Assembly: GCF_032191835.1 (NCBI RefSeq)
Contig: NC_083227.1
Location: forward strand, 41,354,001-41,418,000
DNA length: 64,000 nt
Direction: 5' to 3'
Origin: Heteronotia binoei
Taxonomy: Eukaryota
Shown here piece after piece: positions 11,734 to 22,700 of this stretch (positions are counted from its first letter, which is position 1; every line of letters begins with the position of its first letter). A program made the position numbers and the translations under genes. Under the pieces are notes generated by a model. The model saw nothing but the letters and a program-made list of their open reading frames with translations. It searched no databases and had not been told where the DNA came from.

Positions 11734-13250
11734 CCTGGGAGCAGCGCCTGTCAGGTTGCATCTTGATGCCTTAGGGCATCTGTTGAGTCCAGAACACCTA
11801 GTGCATCTGTTGAGCCCGGAACGCCCACACCACCTGCATAGCTTGTTTGTTTTAAATAAAACATCCCACTTGAAAATCAGACTGCCAGAAAAAGATGAGA
11901 TAACTGTGTTTGTCTGCAGCAGTAGAAAAGAGCAAAAGTCCAGTTCACTGGCACCTTAAAGACTGACAACATGCCTGGCCATGTAGGAGCTTTCCTGAGT
12001 CACTGCTTACTTCTTCAGAATGTAATGACATATTGTTAGTCTTTAAGGCGTCACTGGACTCTTGCTCTTTTAAACTGCCAGAAGTCAATTCTGAACTAGA
12101 CATAGGGTTGCCGACCTCAAGGTAGTGATGACTAGAGATCTCTGGATTACAATGTCTCCAGGGGACAGAGGTCAGTTCCTCTGAAGAAAATGGCCACTTT
12201 GAAAGCTGGACTCCATTGCATTATATCCCATTGAAGTCCCTCCTTTCCCCAAAACCCCGCCCTCCCCAGGCTCTACCCCACCAAATCTCCAGATATTCCC
12301 AGAGCTGGCAACCCTAATTAGACAGATCAGTAGTCTGAGGCGGACATAGGGTTGCCAAGTCCCAATTAAAAAAAAAAATCTGGGGACTATGGGGGTGGAG
12401 TCAGGAGACACTGGGGGCGGAACCAGGAGCAAGGTTGTGACAAGCACAATTGAACTCCAAAGGGAATTCTGGCTATCACATTTAAAGGGACTGCACACCT
12501 TTTAAATGCCTTCCCTCCACTGGAAATAATGAATGATAGCGGTACCTTCTTTTAGGGCTCATAGAATTGGACCCCTTGGTCCAATCCTTTTGAAACTTGG
12601 AGGGTGTTTTGAGGAGAGGTATCGGATGTGATGCTGCAAATTTGGTGCCTCTACCTCAAAAAAACAGCCCTCCCAGAGCCCCAGATAACTGCGGATCAAT
12701 TCTCCATTATTCCCTATGGGAATTGGCCTCCATAGGGAATAATGGAGTACCCAGCAGACATTCCTCCCTCCCACACACACTTTCAGATGACCCTGAAGCA
12801 GGGGGAGGGCCTCCAAGCACACACACACACACACACACACCACTGACAGACAGGAGCATTTTCTGGTTGAGAGCACTGCTATGACCTTTTACAGGGATCC
12901 ACAACCTCATTGAATGGACCCTTCTGGAAAGCTGAGACTAGCTAATGGTCACCACAACAAAAGGGTTGCTGGAGCCAATCTCACAGCACTGGGAAATTCC
13001 AAGCCAGGCATTCTCCTATGATGGAGGCAGCTAGGGCCAGGTGGCTGCTCCCTGAAAAGTCTCAATTACTCTTAATGATTAAGAAAGATACTTTTGCACA
13101 TTAGTATCCTACTCTGACATATTTATTGCTCTTCTGGTCCCCCAACCCCCTGGGAATTAAATCTAAACATATTGTGACCTATAAACTTAGCTCGTTACTA
13201 CTATTTAGTCTTCATTAAGTTGTATGCTAATTTGCTGTTCACCTATGTAG

Positions 13251-13582
13251 TCCCTTAGACTGCAAGAAGATCAAATCAGTCAGTCCTAAGGGAAATCAAC
13301 CCTGAATGTTCCCTGGAAGGTCAGATGCTGAAGCTGAAGCTCAAATACTCTGGCCACCTAATGAGAAGGGAGCACTCACTGGAGAAAACCCTGATGCTGG
13401 GAAAGACAGAAGGCAAAAGCAAAGGGGACGGCAAAAGATGAGATGGCTGGACAGCGTTACTGATGTAACTAACACGAATTTGAGCAGACTTCAGAGGATG
13501 GTAGAAGACAGGACAGCCTGGTGTGACTTTGTCCATGGGGTCGCAAAGAGTCGGACTTGACTGTGCAACTGAACAACAAAAA
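13251..13582 (+). mobile_element. Bov-B (RTE clade) LINE 3' end
   Basis: Characteristic GCTGAAGCTGAAGCTCAAATACTCTGGCCACCT...GGAGAAAACCCTGATGCTGGGAAAGA...ATGAGATGGCTGGA...GTCCATGGGGTCGCAAAGAGTCGGAC...CTGAACAACAA. Confidence 0.9.
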
Positions 13583-13631
13583 ATGTAGAGGCATCTGCCT
13601 ATATATATGAAACGTTCACTTCCATTTCTAT

Positions 13632-13669
13632 GTATCTGAAGAAGTATGTGTGCACACGAAAGCTCATAT
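13632..13669 (+). ncRNA. Minimal hammerhead-ribozyme-like motif in a Penelope-like terminal remnant
   Basis: GUAU-CUGAAGA-A-[GUAUG UGUG CACAC]-GAAA-GCU-C-AUAU gives an intact core, helix II (one mismatch), a palindromic AGCU helix III and a 4-bp helix I. Activity is untested. Confidence 0.55.
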
Positions 13670-15437
13670 CTTGAATAAACTTTGTTGGCCTTCAAGGTGC
13701 CACTGGGCTCAAAAGCTGTTCTACTGCTTCTGACCAACATGGCTGCCCACCTTAATCTATAAATAAGCTTAACACTTTGAACCAGGGTGCCATTATCTAT
13801 TGATTTGTGAATTTCTTGTGGTAATAACACAGCACATCAGTAAGATGATCTGTTTTATTAATATTTGGGGAAGTCTGAACAGTCACCATATTCTTCTGGA
13901 CTGATCAGAAGAAGAAAACGGTTAAGGGCATTAAAATGTGTATTTCATCATCTTTCTTTTCACCCACTATTCATTTTTCAGAGGCTGAACTTCAAATAAT
14001 TTTTTGATCTGGAACTCTGGTTTCATCTCTTGTTAATCTGGCACAAAAGCCATGCTAATCTTCTCCGAATAATTCCAATTTTAGAATATGTGCTGTCAAA
14101 TCAGTCCCTTGAGATCTTCAAGTATCAGAGAATCTTTACCCTGGCACGCTTTAATGTTCTATCTTCAGCCCTACTGGAAGGCATAGACCAAGGGTGGCCA
14201 AACTGTGGATCAGGAGCCGCATGTAGGTCTTTCACACACATTGTGTTGCTCTCAGAGCACACTGCTCTGTCAGCCAGCTTGGAGAAGGCATTTCTCTCTT
14301 TAAATGCTTTCTCCAAATCAAGCCCAGTTGGCAGCTTGGAAAATGCATTTAAAGTTGTTTTATTTTCACTTCTCCCTCTCTCCTCTCATTTTCCTTCCTT
14401 CCTCCATAGCTCTCAAGCACTTAATGTTCCTGTCTTGCAGCTTGTGGAGAAATGCTATTTTAGGCTAGGGTTATCTGTGAGTTGGCAGGAAGAGGTTGTC
14501 AAACTCAAAGAAGGTTTTGGGCCTAGTCTCATCCTCCTTCCCCCTCCCCTCCTGTCTGGAAGCAGCAATTCTGAGGCCTCCTAGAGAGACAGGAAGTCTT
14601 TCAGGCTGGTCTCCCAGAAGGCGGCAGGAGGGTAAACTAGTTCCTGGGTGGGAACTGCAATTTATATTAGAGATTTTTGGTGGGAATCCTTCAGTTTGAG
14701 TTTTGAATTGAATCTAGCTTGCAACAGTTCAAGTGAGGTGCCTGCCCTGCAGGTCATTTAGTGAGGGCAAGTAGTGTAATAGGGAGAGAAGGAGCATTTT
14801 TTTCTTCCTACTATGATTTGTTGCTTCTGTTCACTTTTTTTTAAAAATGCCTGTAAATAGTTGTATGTTGTAAATAAATGTTATATCTTAGTCCCTCTGT
14901 ACCACATAGTTTCCCCAACCGCCTTAGACCACACTACTGCAAGAGGGGAGTCTAGGGAAGGGGGAAGGCATGCAGTTGGCAAGGGTGCAAATCCTCCAGG
15001 GGTCTCCCAAAGAAGGACTTTGGTCTCTGTGATAACCAGGTGCTGGGTTGGCAGAGGACCTTGAGGCCAGATCTCAGAACTAGCAAGGGGGTTTGGGAGT
15101 TCTGTTCCTCTCAGTCAGGAACCCTTAAATTGTGCAGGTGGTGGCAGCAGGCCTAAGTGACAGGAGAAAGATTAGCTCCCTCCAGGAGTTGGCAACCCAA
15201 AAGGGAGTTGACAGGACTGGGTCTGAAGGCTGAATTGGGTTGGGTCCACCATACAGCTCTCAAACATCTGATGTTTATTCTATGTGGCTCTTATATTAAG
15301 CAAGTTTGGCCACCCCTGCTCCAGATGTTCCATCCAAGTAGGACGATAGATAGCAATGTCATTTTGATAAGTGGCAGCAAAAGGCAATCCATATAATACT
15401 TGATCCATCAGCCTCCGGAAGGTCTTAGAAGCTCCAT

Positions 15438-15620
15438 TCAAGCATATGGCATCTTTACAAACTGATAATGTCCCAAAGGTAACACAAAGGCAGTCTTATC
15501 GAAGGCCTCAGGATTCAGCAGGACTTGCCAATATCCTGATGCCAAATCAATAGTGCTGATGTATGCAGTACCAGCCAAGTCTTCAATCAGACTCTGAATT
15601 CTAAGAGTAGAGTAAGGGCC
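15438..15620 (-). pseudogene. Isolated RT fragment from a second Gypsy lineage
   Basis: Translation YISTIDLASGYWQVLLNPEAFDKTAFVLPLGHYQFVKMPY, a Ty3/Gypsy RT motif-3/4 region that differs from the LDLAQAYQQ of the other elements. Confidence 0.75.
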
Positions 15621-15741
15621 CACAATTGTTAACTTTTTAAATTTTCTAAAACCCACACAAAAACTATATGCATGCAGTAGCGGCATCCTCAAACAACTTA
15701 TTCTTAGGCATGCAATGTGTAATGTACTGAGTGACGAGACG

Positions 15742-15994
15742 TGTTGAAGGCAACATACTTTATTGGCGAGTACATCACAAGAGGGAGAATCGCGGGCCAG
15801 GTCCCAATTATATACATGCCCCGGAACAACCCTCCGTCTGGCCAGGTCCAATCCTGGCCAGTTAAACTTCCCACCACAGATCTTGATAGGCAGAGCGTAT
15901 TAGCGAGCTACATCCAGGGACCGGTGGGTTCCCACTAGTCGCCTCTGTAGCGTGCGCTGTGCTGTACATAGAGACTTGAATGTAGGACATAACA
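15742..15994 (-). repeat. 3' LTR of Gypsy C (253 bp)
   Basis: TGTTATG...TTCAACA termini directly after the GGGGGGGAGGAG PPT, with internal TATATAA and AATAAA in element sense. Confidence 0.85.
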
Positions 15995-18900
15995 CTCCTC
16001 CCCCCCAGTTCAGGACACCAAGTCTTTCAAGTAGGCCGGTGCCTGGCGTTCCCTGGGTGACCTCCTCGGGGTTACTTGGAGAGTTGGAGCAGCCGCCGAG
16101 GCTGGGGGCGGCGGTTTCCCCGTGTTGGGGTGACGCTGGACAATGACTGTCCGTCGCTTGTGGATCGTCCGGAGTCCCTTCTCTGGTGGGGTCGCTTCCG
16201 CCGCTGTGGTGCTCTTTCGCCCGTGCAGTCGGTGTGGCCGGCATGGGCAGGGTATCTTCCGGGGGTGTTGCTGTCAGTTCTTCCCCGCCCCCCCCCCGCC
16301 CCTCCTGGCTGTCGGTTCCTCTGGCAAAGTGTGGCGGCGCAGCTGATCGATAGGCCCCCTTCTGTCGAGACATTGTAGGAGTGGGACCCGGTTACCCACA
16401 GCACCCAGGCTGCTAACCACTCCGGGCCACAAGTTTTTATCGTACACCGGATCCCCTGGAAAGAACCCCCTAGTGGCTTTCCTGGTTTCGGGAGAACTGC
16501 GGAGGTCTGTGGCTCGGTCGGGGTGCAACCGGTCTAGCCTCGTGATCAGTTTCCTCCCCATTAGCAACTCTGCAGGCCTCAACCCGGTGACAGGGTTGGG
16601 GGTGATTCAGTTATCGAATAGGAAGGCTGCCAGGTGGTGGTCCCAATCCCCCTGTACAATGCGCCCCAGGGCCTCTTTCGTGATGCGCACCATGCGCTCT
16701 GCTTGGCCGTTGGTAGCCGGATGGAAGGGGGCGAACCGGATGTGTTGTATTAGGTATCTGTTCAAGAACTCCCGGAATTCCCAGGAGGTGAAAGCGGTTC
16801 CATTGTCCGTGACTAAGGTATCGGGAATCCCATGCATGCAAAAGACCCTACGCAAGGCTCTGACCGCCACCGTGGAGGTTGAAGCTACTGGAATAACCTC
16901 CAACCACTTGGTGCATGCGTCTACCAGAATAAAGAATATTTGGCCCTGGTATGGCCCCGCAAAGTCTAGGTGCAACCGGGACCACAGCCTCCTATTGGAC
17001 TCCCAGCGGTGGACAGGGGCACTGGGTGGATCAGACCGGGACTCTTGGCAGGGCTGACACCTTTGAACCCACCCCTCAACCTCTTCGTCCATTCCCGGCC
17101 ACCACACATAGCTGTGTGCTAGGGCCTTCATCTGCACTATTCCCGGATGTGTTTCGTGTAGGGCTCCAGCACTCGTTTCTGCAATGTGGGGGGGGGGGGA
17201 CCACCACTCTACTTCCCCAGAGAAGGCACCCCTTGTGCATGGACAATTCTTCCCTGCGCGCTGCGAAGGCCCTGAATTCTGCGGCCTGTTTACCCTCAGG
17301 CCATTCCCTCCCCACCCAGTCTAAAACACAGGCGAGGATGCAGTCTCGCCCTGTGGCTTTAGCTACCTCGGCGTCTTGGAGGGGCCTCTCCGGTAGCGTC
17401 TCAATAAGCATCACATGGTGGGCCGGGGCTGGGGCCGGGTCCTTAGAGGGCAGCGGCAGGCGGCTGAGGGCGTCAGCGTGTCTCATAGCTTTGCCTGGGC
17501 GGTGGACCAGGGCATATGTGTATGAATTAAGGAACTGATTCCACCGCAGGACACACTGCAACAGAATTTGCGGTGTCTGGCGGTCTGGGGCAAGGAGGCC
17601 CAGGAGCAGCTTATGCTCCATGGCGATTGTGAAATGCCTACCGTACAGGTAGTCATTAAATTTATGCACTCCCGCCATGATTGCTAAGGCCTCTTTGTCA
17701 ATCTGGGCATAGTTGCGCTCAGCGGGGGTCAGGGTCCTTGAATAATAGGCCACTGGAACCTCCCTCCCGTCCGGGAGTTGGTGCCCCAGGACAGCGCCCA
17801 CCCCGTATGGGGAGGCATCGCACGCCAGAATCACTGGGAGGGATTCGTCAAAGTGGTGGAGCACATCGTTAGAAACTAGAGGCCCTTGACTGCCTGAAAA
17901 GCGGCAGCCTGCTGCTTTCCCCAGACCCACGGGGCGTTTTTATCCAGGAACCTATGAAGGGCTCCACAAGGGCTGCTTTGTGTGGCAAAAATGAATGGTA
18001 AAAATTCAATAATCCTAAGAAACTTTGTAGCTCTGCCTTGCACGTGGGGGCCGGGGCGTGGACAATTGCCTTGGTTTTGTCGGCCGTCGGGTGGATCCCC
18101 GCGGCGTCTACTGCAAACCCCAAGAACTCTACCCTTAACACCCCGAGGGAACACTTTCCCCGCTTAACTTTGAGTCCTGCCACCTGGAAACGGCAGAGTA
18201 CCTTATGCAGACCGCTGCTGAACTCCTCAGTGTTCGGGGTGGCGATCAGAACATCGTCAAAAAACGGTTGCACTCTGGGGATCCCTTTAAGGAGAGAATC
18301 CATTATGCTCTGAAAGATCCCTGGAACCACACTTACCCCAAATTGTAACCGCCGCACCCGAAAAGCTCCCCTGTGCGTCACAATGGTTTGGGCTTCTGCC
18401 GTCTCGGTGTCTACCAGACGTTGCTGGTATGCCTGAGCCAAGTCCAGTTTCCCAAAAACCTTAGAGCCTGCTAGGGCTGCCAGTACGTGGCTGACTACGG
18501 GGACGGGGTATGGGTTGTCTTGCAGTGCCTTGTTTATGGTGCACTTGTAATCGGCACATATGCGCACATCCCCATTTGGCTTCACTGGGGTGACTATCTG
18601 TGTTTCCCAGGCGGTGTAGGACACTGGTTCTAGCACCCCCTGTGCCATGAGGCAGTCCAGCTCCGCTTCTATTTTCAGTTTAAGAGTGAATGGGACCCGC
18701 CTGGCCTTGAGCCTTATCGGTCTCACGTGGGGATCGAGAGGTAAGCTGATGGGAGGTCCCTTGTAACACCCCAGGGACCCATCAAACACTTCCGGGAATT
18801 CCCTGCACACATGCTCAAAATTCTGCGTTCGCATTTGCTGCATCCCCACTATTTGAATGCCCAACGGTCGAAACCAGGCCAGCCCCAATAAAGTGGTGAG

Positions 18901-20100
18901 CTGGCGTTTGACTACTAGTATTTCCAGCTTGCCCTTGAAGCTCTTATACTCCACCCTTACCGTGGCCCAATCCAAAACCTGTATGGGGTTTTTTTGGAAG
19001 TCCCGCAGTATGAAATCGGCTGGCCGCAGCCTGAAACAGCCCCTGGGGCAAAATTTTCTAAGCGATTCCTCCGAGATTATGGAGATGGAGGAGCCCGAGT
19101 CCAGCTTCATTAGGCATGGAGCGCCTTCGATAGAGACTGACCCTTGTCGGGGGTGGTGAGGGGCAAGTTCATTACCTGCAGGCTCGTTGATGCGGTCGAG
19201 TATGTTTCTGTCGAGTTGTGATTGGTGGACTGGCACCTGCGGGTCACCTTGGCCCGGCAAGCCCCCGCTATGTGGCCCACTCTCCCACAGTTCCTGCAGT
19301 CCATGTTTCGGTAGGGGCAGTCCCATCTCTCGTGTGGATCCCCACAGCTGGCGCACTTGGTGTTGGCTGGTCTCTCCGTTGCTCGTGGTCTCGTGGGTGC
19401 CCTTAGGCCCGTTCCTAGTTGGCGACGGAGCTGGTTTGCCTCCTCCTCCTCTGGGTTGCCTGGTGCTGTTTCTTCCTGGTGGACGGCTTCTGCTTGCGGG
19501 TTGTAGCTTTTGGTGGCTCTCTCGAATGCGATGGCTTCATTGAAGGCGCTCTGTAGGGTGAGCTCCTCTTTCGCGAAAAACTTTTGCTGTAGCCTTTCAT
19601 CTCGGAGGCCCCAAACAAATAGATCCCTCAGGGCTTCGTCCAGCTTGTTGAAGCTGCAGTTCCCCTCGATTTGGTGGAGGGCAGCCAGGTAGACTGCGGC
19701 CGTCTCTCCTGCCCCTTGATCTCTCCTGTGGAAGAGAAATCGGCGGGCGATGAGGGATGGCTGTGGCAAGAAGTGCCCAGTCAGGAGTTTGACTATCTCT
19801 TTGTATGTTTTCTCCATGATCTTCACGGGGGCCGAGAGATCCTTGGCAATCTTGAATGTGGCCTCCCCGTAGACACTCAGAAGCACGTCTCTCTTACGGC
19901 TGTCGTCCGTGATCAGGTTCACTCTTAGGTAGCAGTCGACCTCCTCCATGTAGGTCTCCCACCTATCGAGGTTGGCCGGGTCAAACTCTGTATGGTGGCC
20001 CGTCGTCACACTCAGGTTCACCATGGCGGCAGTGGCGGCAGCGGGCGCTTCAGTCTCCCAGGACTGTGTGCCTTCCTCGTCTCCGGCCAGGTCAGCGAAG
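15742..20100 (-). mobile_element. Gypsy element C: frameshifted gag-PR-RT-RH-IN, 3' LTR present, 5' LTR and PBS missing
   Basis: ORF pieces 19110-20024 (gag, CCHC), 17869-19356 (DSG protease, RT with PFFDD), 17076-17930 (RNase H) and 16607-17137 (integrase). PPT at 15995-16006. Confidence 0.92.
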
Positions 20101-20544
20101 GGAAGGAAAGAGCAAGAGGGAGTGTCCACATGCATTAGAGAACAATGTTTGAGTCCAGTGGCACCTTTAAGACCAACAAAGGTATAAACTTTCATGTGCA
20201 TGCACACTTCTCCAGAGGGAGGGAAGAAGGAATTCTTCTGACAAGCACAATTTACACTGAGATTGTCCTGCTCTGCTGTTTACTTTGGGACTTGATCTCT
20301 CTTCTCTTCTCTTCCTCACACACACGCCGGTGTGTTAAAAGAAAGGGGAAAGGCAAATAAATGCATTGGGATAAGGGGAAAGGAAAATTAAAAGGAAAAT
20401 ATTTTGGCATTCTGAATTTTTTTTTAGAATAGATTTCTCTGTGTCTATCTGGGATTCTATTTTCTTTCATGAAGACCCTGATTAGGAATTAGAACACTTG
20501 GACTGGATTCCATGATTGGATTTCATTTCATTTCACCAATGGCA

Positions 20545-22700
20545 AAAGCAGGAAAATTAGATCTCAGTATCTGGGAGACAAAGTTCATTTCAATGAAACT
20601 GTACTAGATCTAATTTCAACTTACAATTCTACAGTAAAAATTGATGCCATTCTCTGTTTTATTAGGCAGGTTTGTGACCAGATAGACAAAAGATTTCCAG
20701 AGAATGAATTACAGGATTGGTGTGGATTTGACAAAGACTGCTTATCAAACCCTACCAACCTGGACGAGCTTTCCTTCGGGAACGAACATCTTTCAAGATT
20801 TAGCTAAGTGCATTTTGTTCCAGAGAGATGAACAAACATAAGTCCTAGACCCTTGCCAGTCCGGCTTTCGCCCGGGCCACGGGACGGAGACAGTGCTGGT
20901 AGCCTTAGCGGATGACCTCCAGCGGCAACTGGATCGAGGTGGCGTGGCGGTGCTGATGCTGTTAGACCTGTCGGCAGCGTTCGACACGGTCGACCATCGG
21001 CTACTGACCCGCCGCCTCGCCGACATAGGGGTCAGGGGGCTGGCCTTGCAATGGCTTTCCTCCTTCCTCAAAGGTCGGGGACAAAGGGTGGCAATCGGGG
21101 GTGAGCTTTCCCGGAGGCGCACACTAGATTGTGGGGTGCCTCAGGGAGCAGTTCTCTCCCCGATGTTATTTAACATCTACATGCGCCCCCTTGCCCAGAT
21201 TGCCCGGAGTTTTGGACTGGGTTGTCATCAATATGCGGATGACACCCAGCTCTATCTGCTAATGGATGGCCGGCCTGACTGCGTCCCAGTGAATTTAGAC
21301 CGGGCACTGCAGGCCGTGGCAACCTGGCTTAGGCTGAGTGGGTTGAAGCTGAACCCGACGAAGACAGAGGTCCTTTGCGTGGGGCGCGGCGCTCTGGGAA
21401 GGGAAATACCTCTCCCGGTTTTTGACGGTGCGCCGCTGAAAGCGGCGGGCCGGGTCAAGAGCCTGGGAGTACTACTGGAGCCTTCACTATCAATGGAGGC
21501 CCAGGTAGCGGCCACTGCCAAGTCGGCATTTTTCCATCTGAAGCGGGCAAGGCAGTTGGCTCCCTTCCTGGAGCGCCGGGACCTCGCAACAGTGATCCAT
21601 GCGACGGTCACCTCAAGATTAGATTACTGCAATGCCCTCTACATGGGGCTGCCTTTGTGTCGGACCCGGAAGCTGCAGCTGGTGCAGAACGCAGCGGCCA
21701 GGCTGTTATTAGGACTCCCGAAATGGGAGCATATACAGCCGGGGCTGCGTGAACTGCACTGGCTGCCAGTTACATACCGGGTCCAATACAAAGTGCTGGT
21801 TATCACCTTTAAAGCCCTATATGGCCGAGGACCTGCCTACCTGAGGGACCGTCTCTCCCCATATGAGCCCCAAAGAGCACTGAGGTCAGCAGGGAAGAAC
21901 ATGCTGACTATCCCTGGGCCAAAGGAAGCAAAATTACAGAGTACCCGGGCACGGGCCTTCTCTGTTATAGCCCCGTGCCTTTGGAATCAACTCCCGGAGG
22001 AGGTACGGGCCCTGCGGAATTTGGATCAATTCCGCAGGGCCTGTAAGACCATTCTTTTTAAGCAGGCTTTTGTAGACCGTTGATAGGATGGCTGTTTAAT
22101 CCATCAACGATTTATCTAGTGACCCCTGCCATAACATAAGTGAACAGAACAACATCAGGAAGATCACTGCCGTCCAAATCATGGAATGATCCAGGCAACT
22201 GGAACTGGTTTTAGATCGCTGTTTTAAATTATTGTATAATCTTATATTGTTTTAGATTGTTATTTTATATTACTGTATAACCTAATTGTTTTAAACCCTA
22301 TATTGTATAACTTATTGAAATGTTGTTAGCCGCCCTGAGCCTGCCTAGGCGGGGAGGGCGGGATATAAATAAAATTTATTATTATTATTATATTATATGA
22401 TGAGGAACTTCATTTTAAAAAGTATTCAGACTTCAAATTAATCATTGCAGAGAAAATAAAAGCTGAAGGAATAAAAACCCTTCAAGATGTACTAACATTC
22501 ACACAAGAACAGTGAATGAAATCTTCTAGATGTTTGTGAAACTTTTCACACCTCAAGTGCTGATTGAGAAAAAGGTTTTAGTTTGATGAATGCTGTTAAA
22601 ACTAAGATTAGAAATCAGCTAGATGCAGATCACTTGAAGATTTTAATGAGAATTAAACTGCATATGTCTAATGGGAATATTGACAATGTTTCCCATTTCT
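20545..22700 (+). pseudogene. hAT transposase fossil (C-terminal part) split by an L2 insertion
   Basis: Left piece ...QIDKRFPENELQDWCGFD...SFGNEHL. Right piece TSSAD*EKGFSLMNAVKTKIRNQLDADHLKILMRIKL (22550-22660), the hAT dimerisation-domain motif. Contains stops and frameshifts. Confidence 0.75.
20841..22389 (+). mobile_element. 5'-truncated young L2-clade LINE with an open 396-codon ORF2 C-terminus
   Basis: ORF 20893-22083 contains LLDLSAAFDTVDH, GVPQGAVLSP, YADDTQLY, RLDYCNALY and LQLVQNAAARLL. CpGs are retained and there is an (ATT)n tail. Confidence 0.92.

Noticed and set aside
12818-12842. (AC)n microsatellite and other short simple repeats or homopolymers
   Set aside because: Ordinary simple repeats with no further structure.
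13321-13830. 169-aa - strand ORF
   Set aside because: Antisense read-through of the Bov-B end and a Penelope-like remnant.
14030-14584. 184-aa ORF
   Set aside because: A patchwork of an old LINE fragment, a hAT MITE and unique DNA with no coherent protein features.
15725-15741. GAGTGACGAGACG resembling the TGGCGACGAG PBS next to the LTR of C
   Set aside because: Wrong strand and wrong side of the LTR for a PBS; probably chance.
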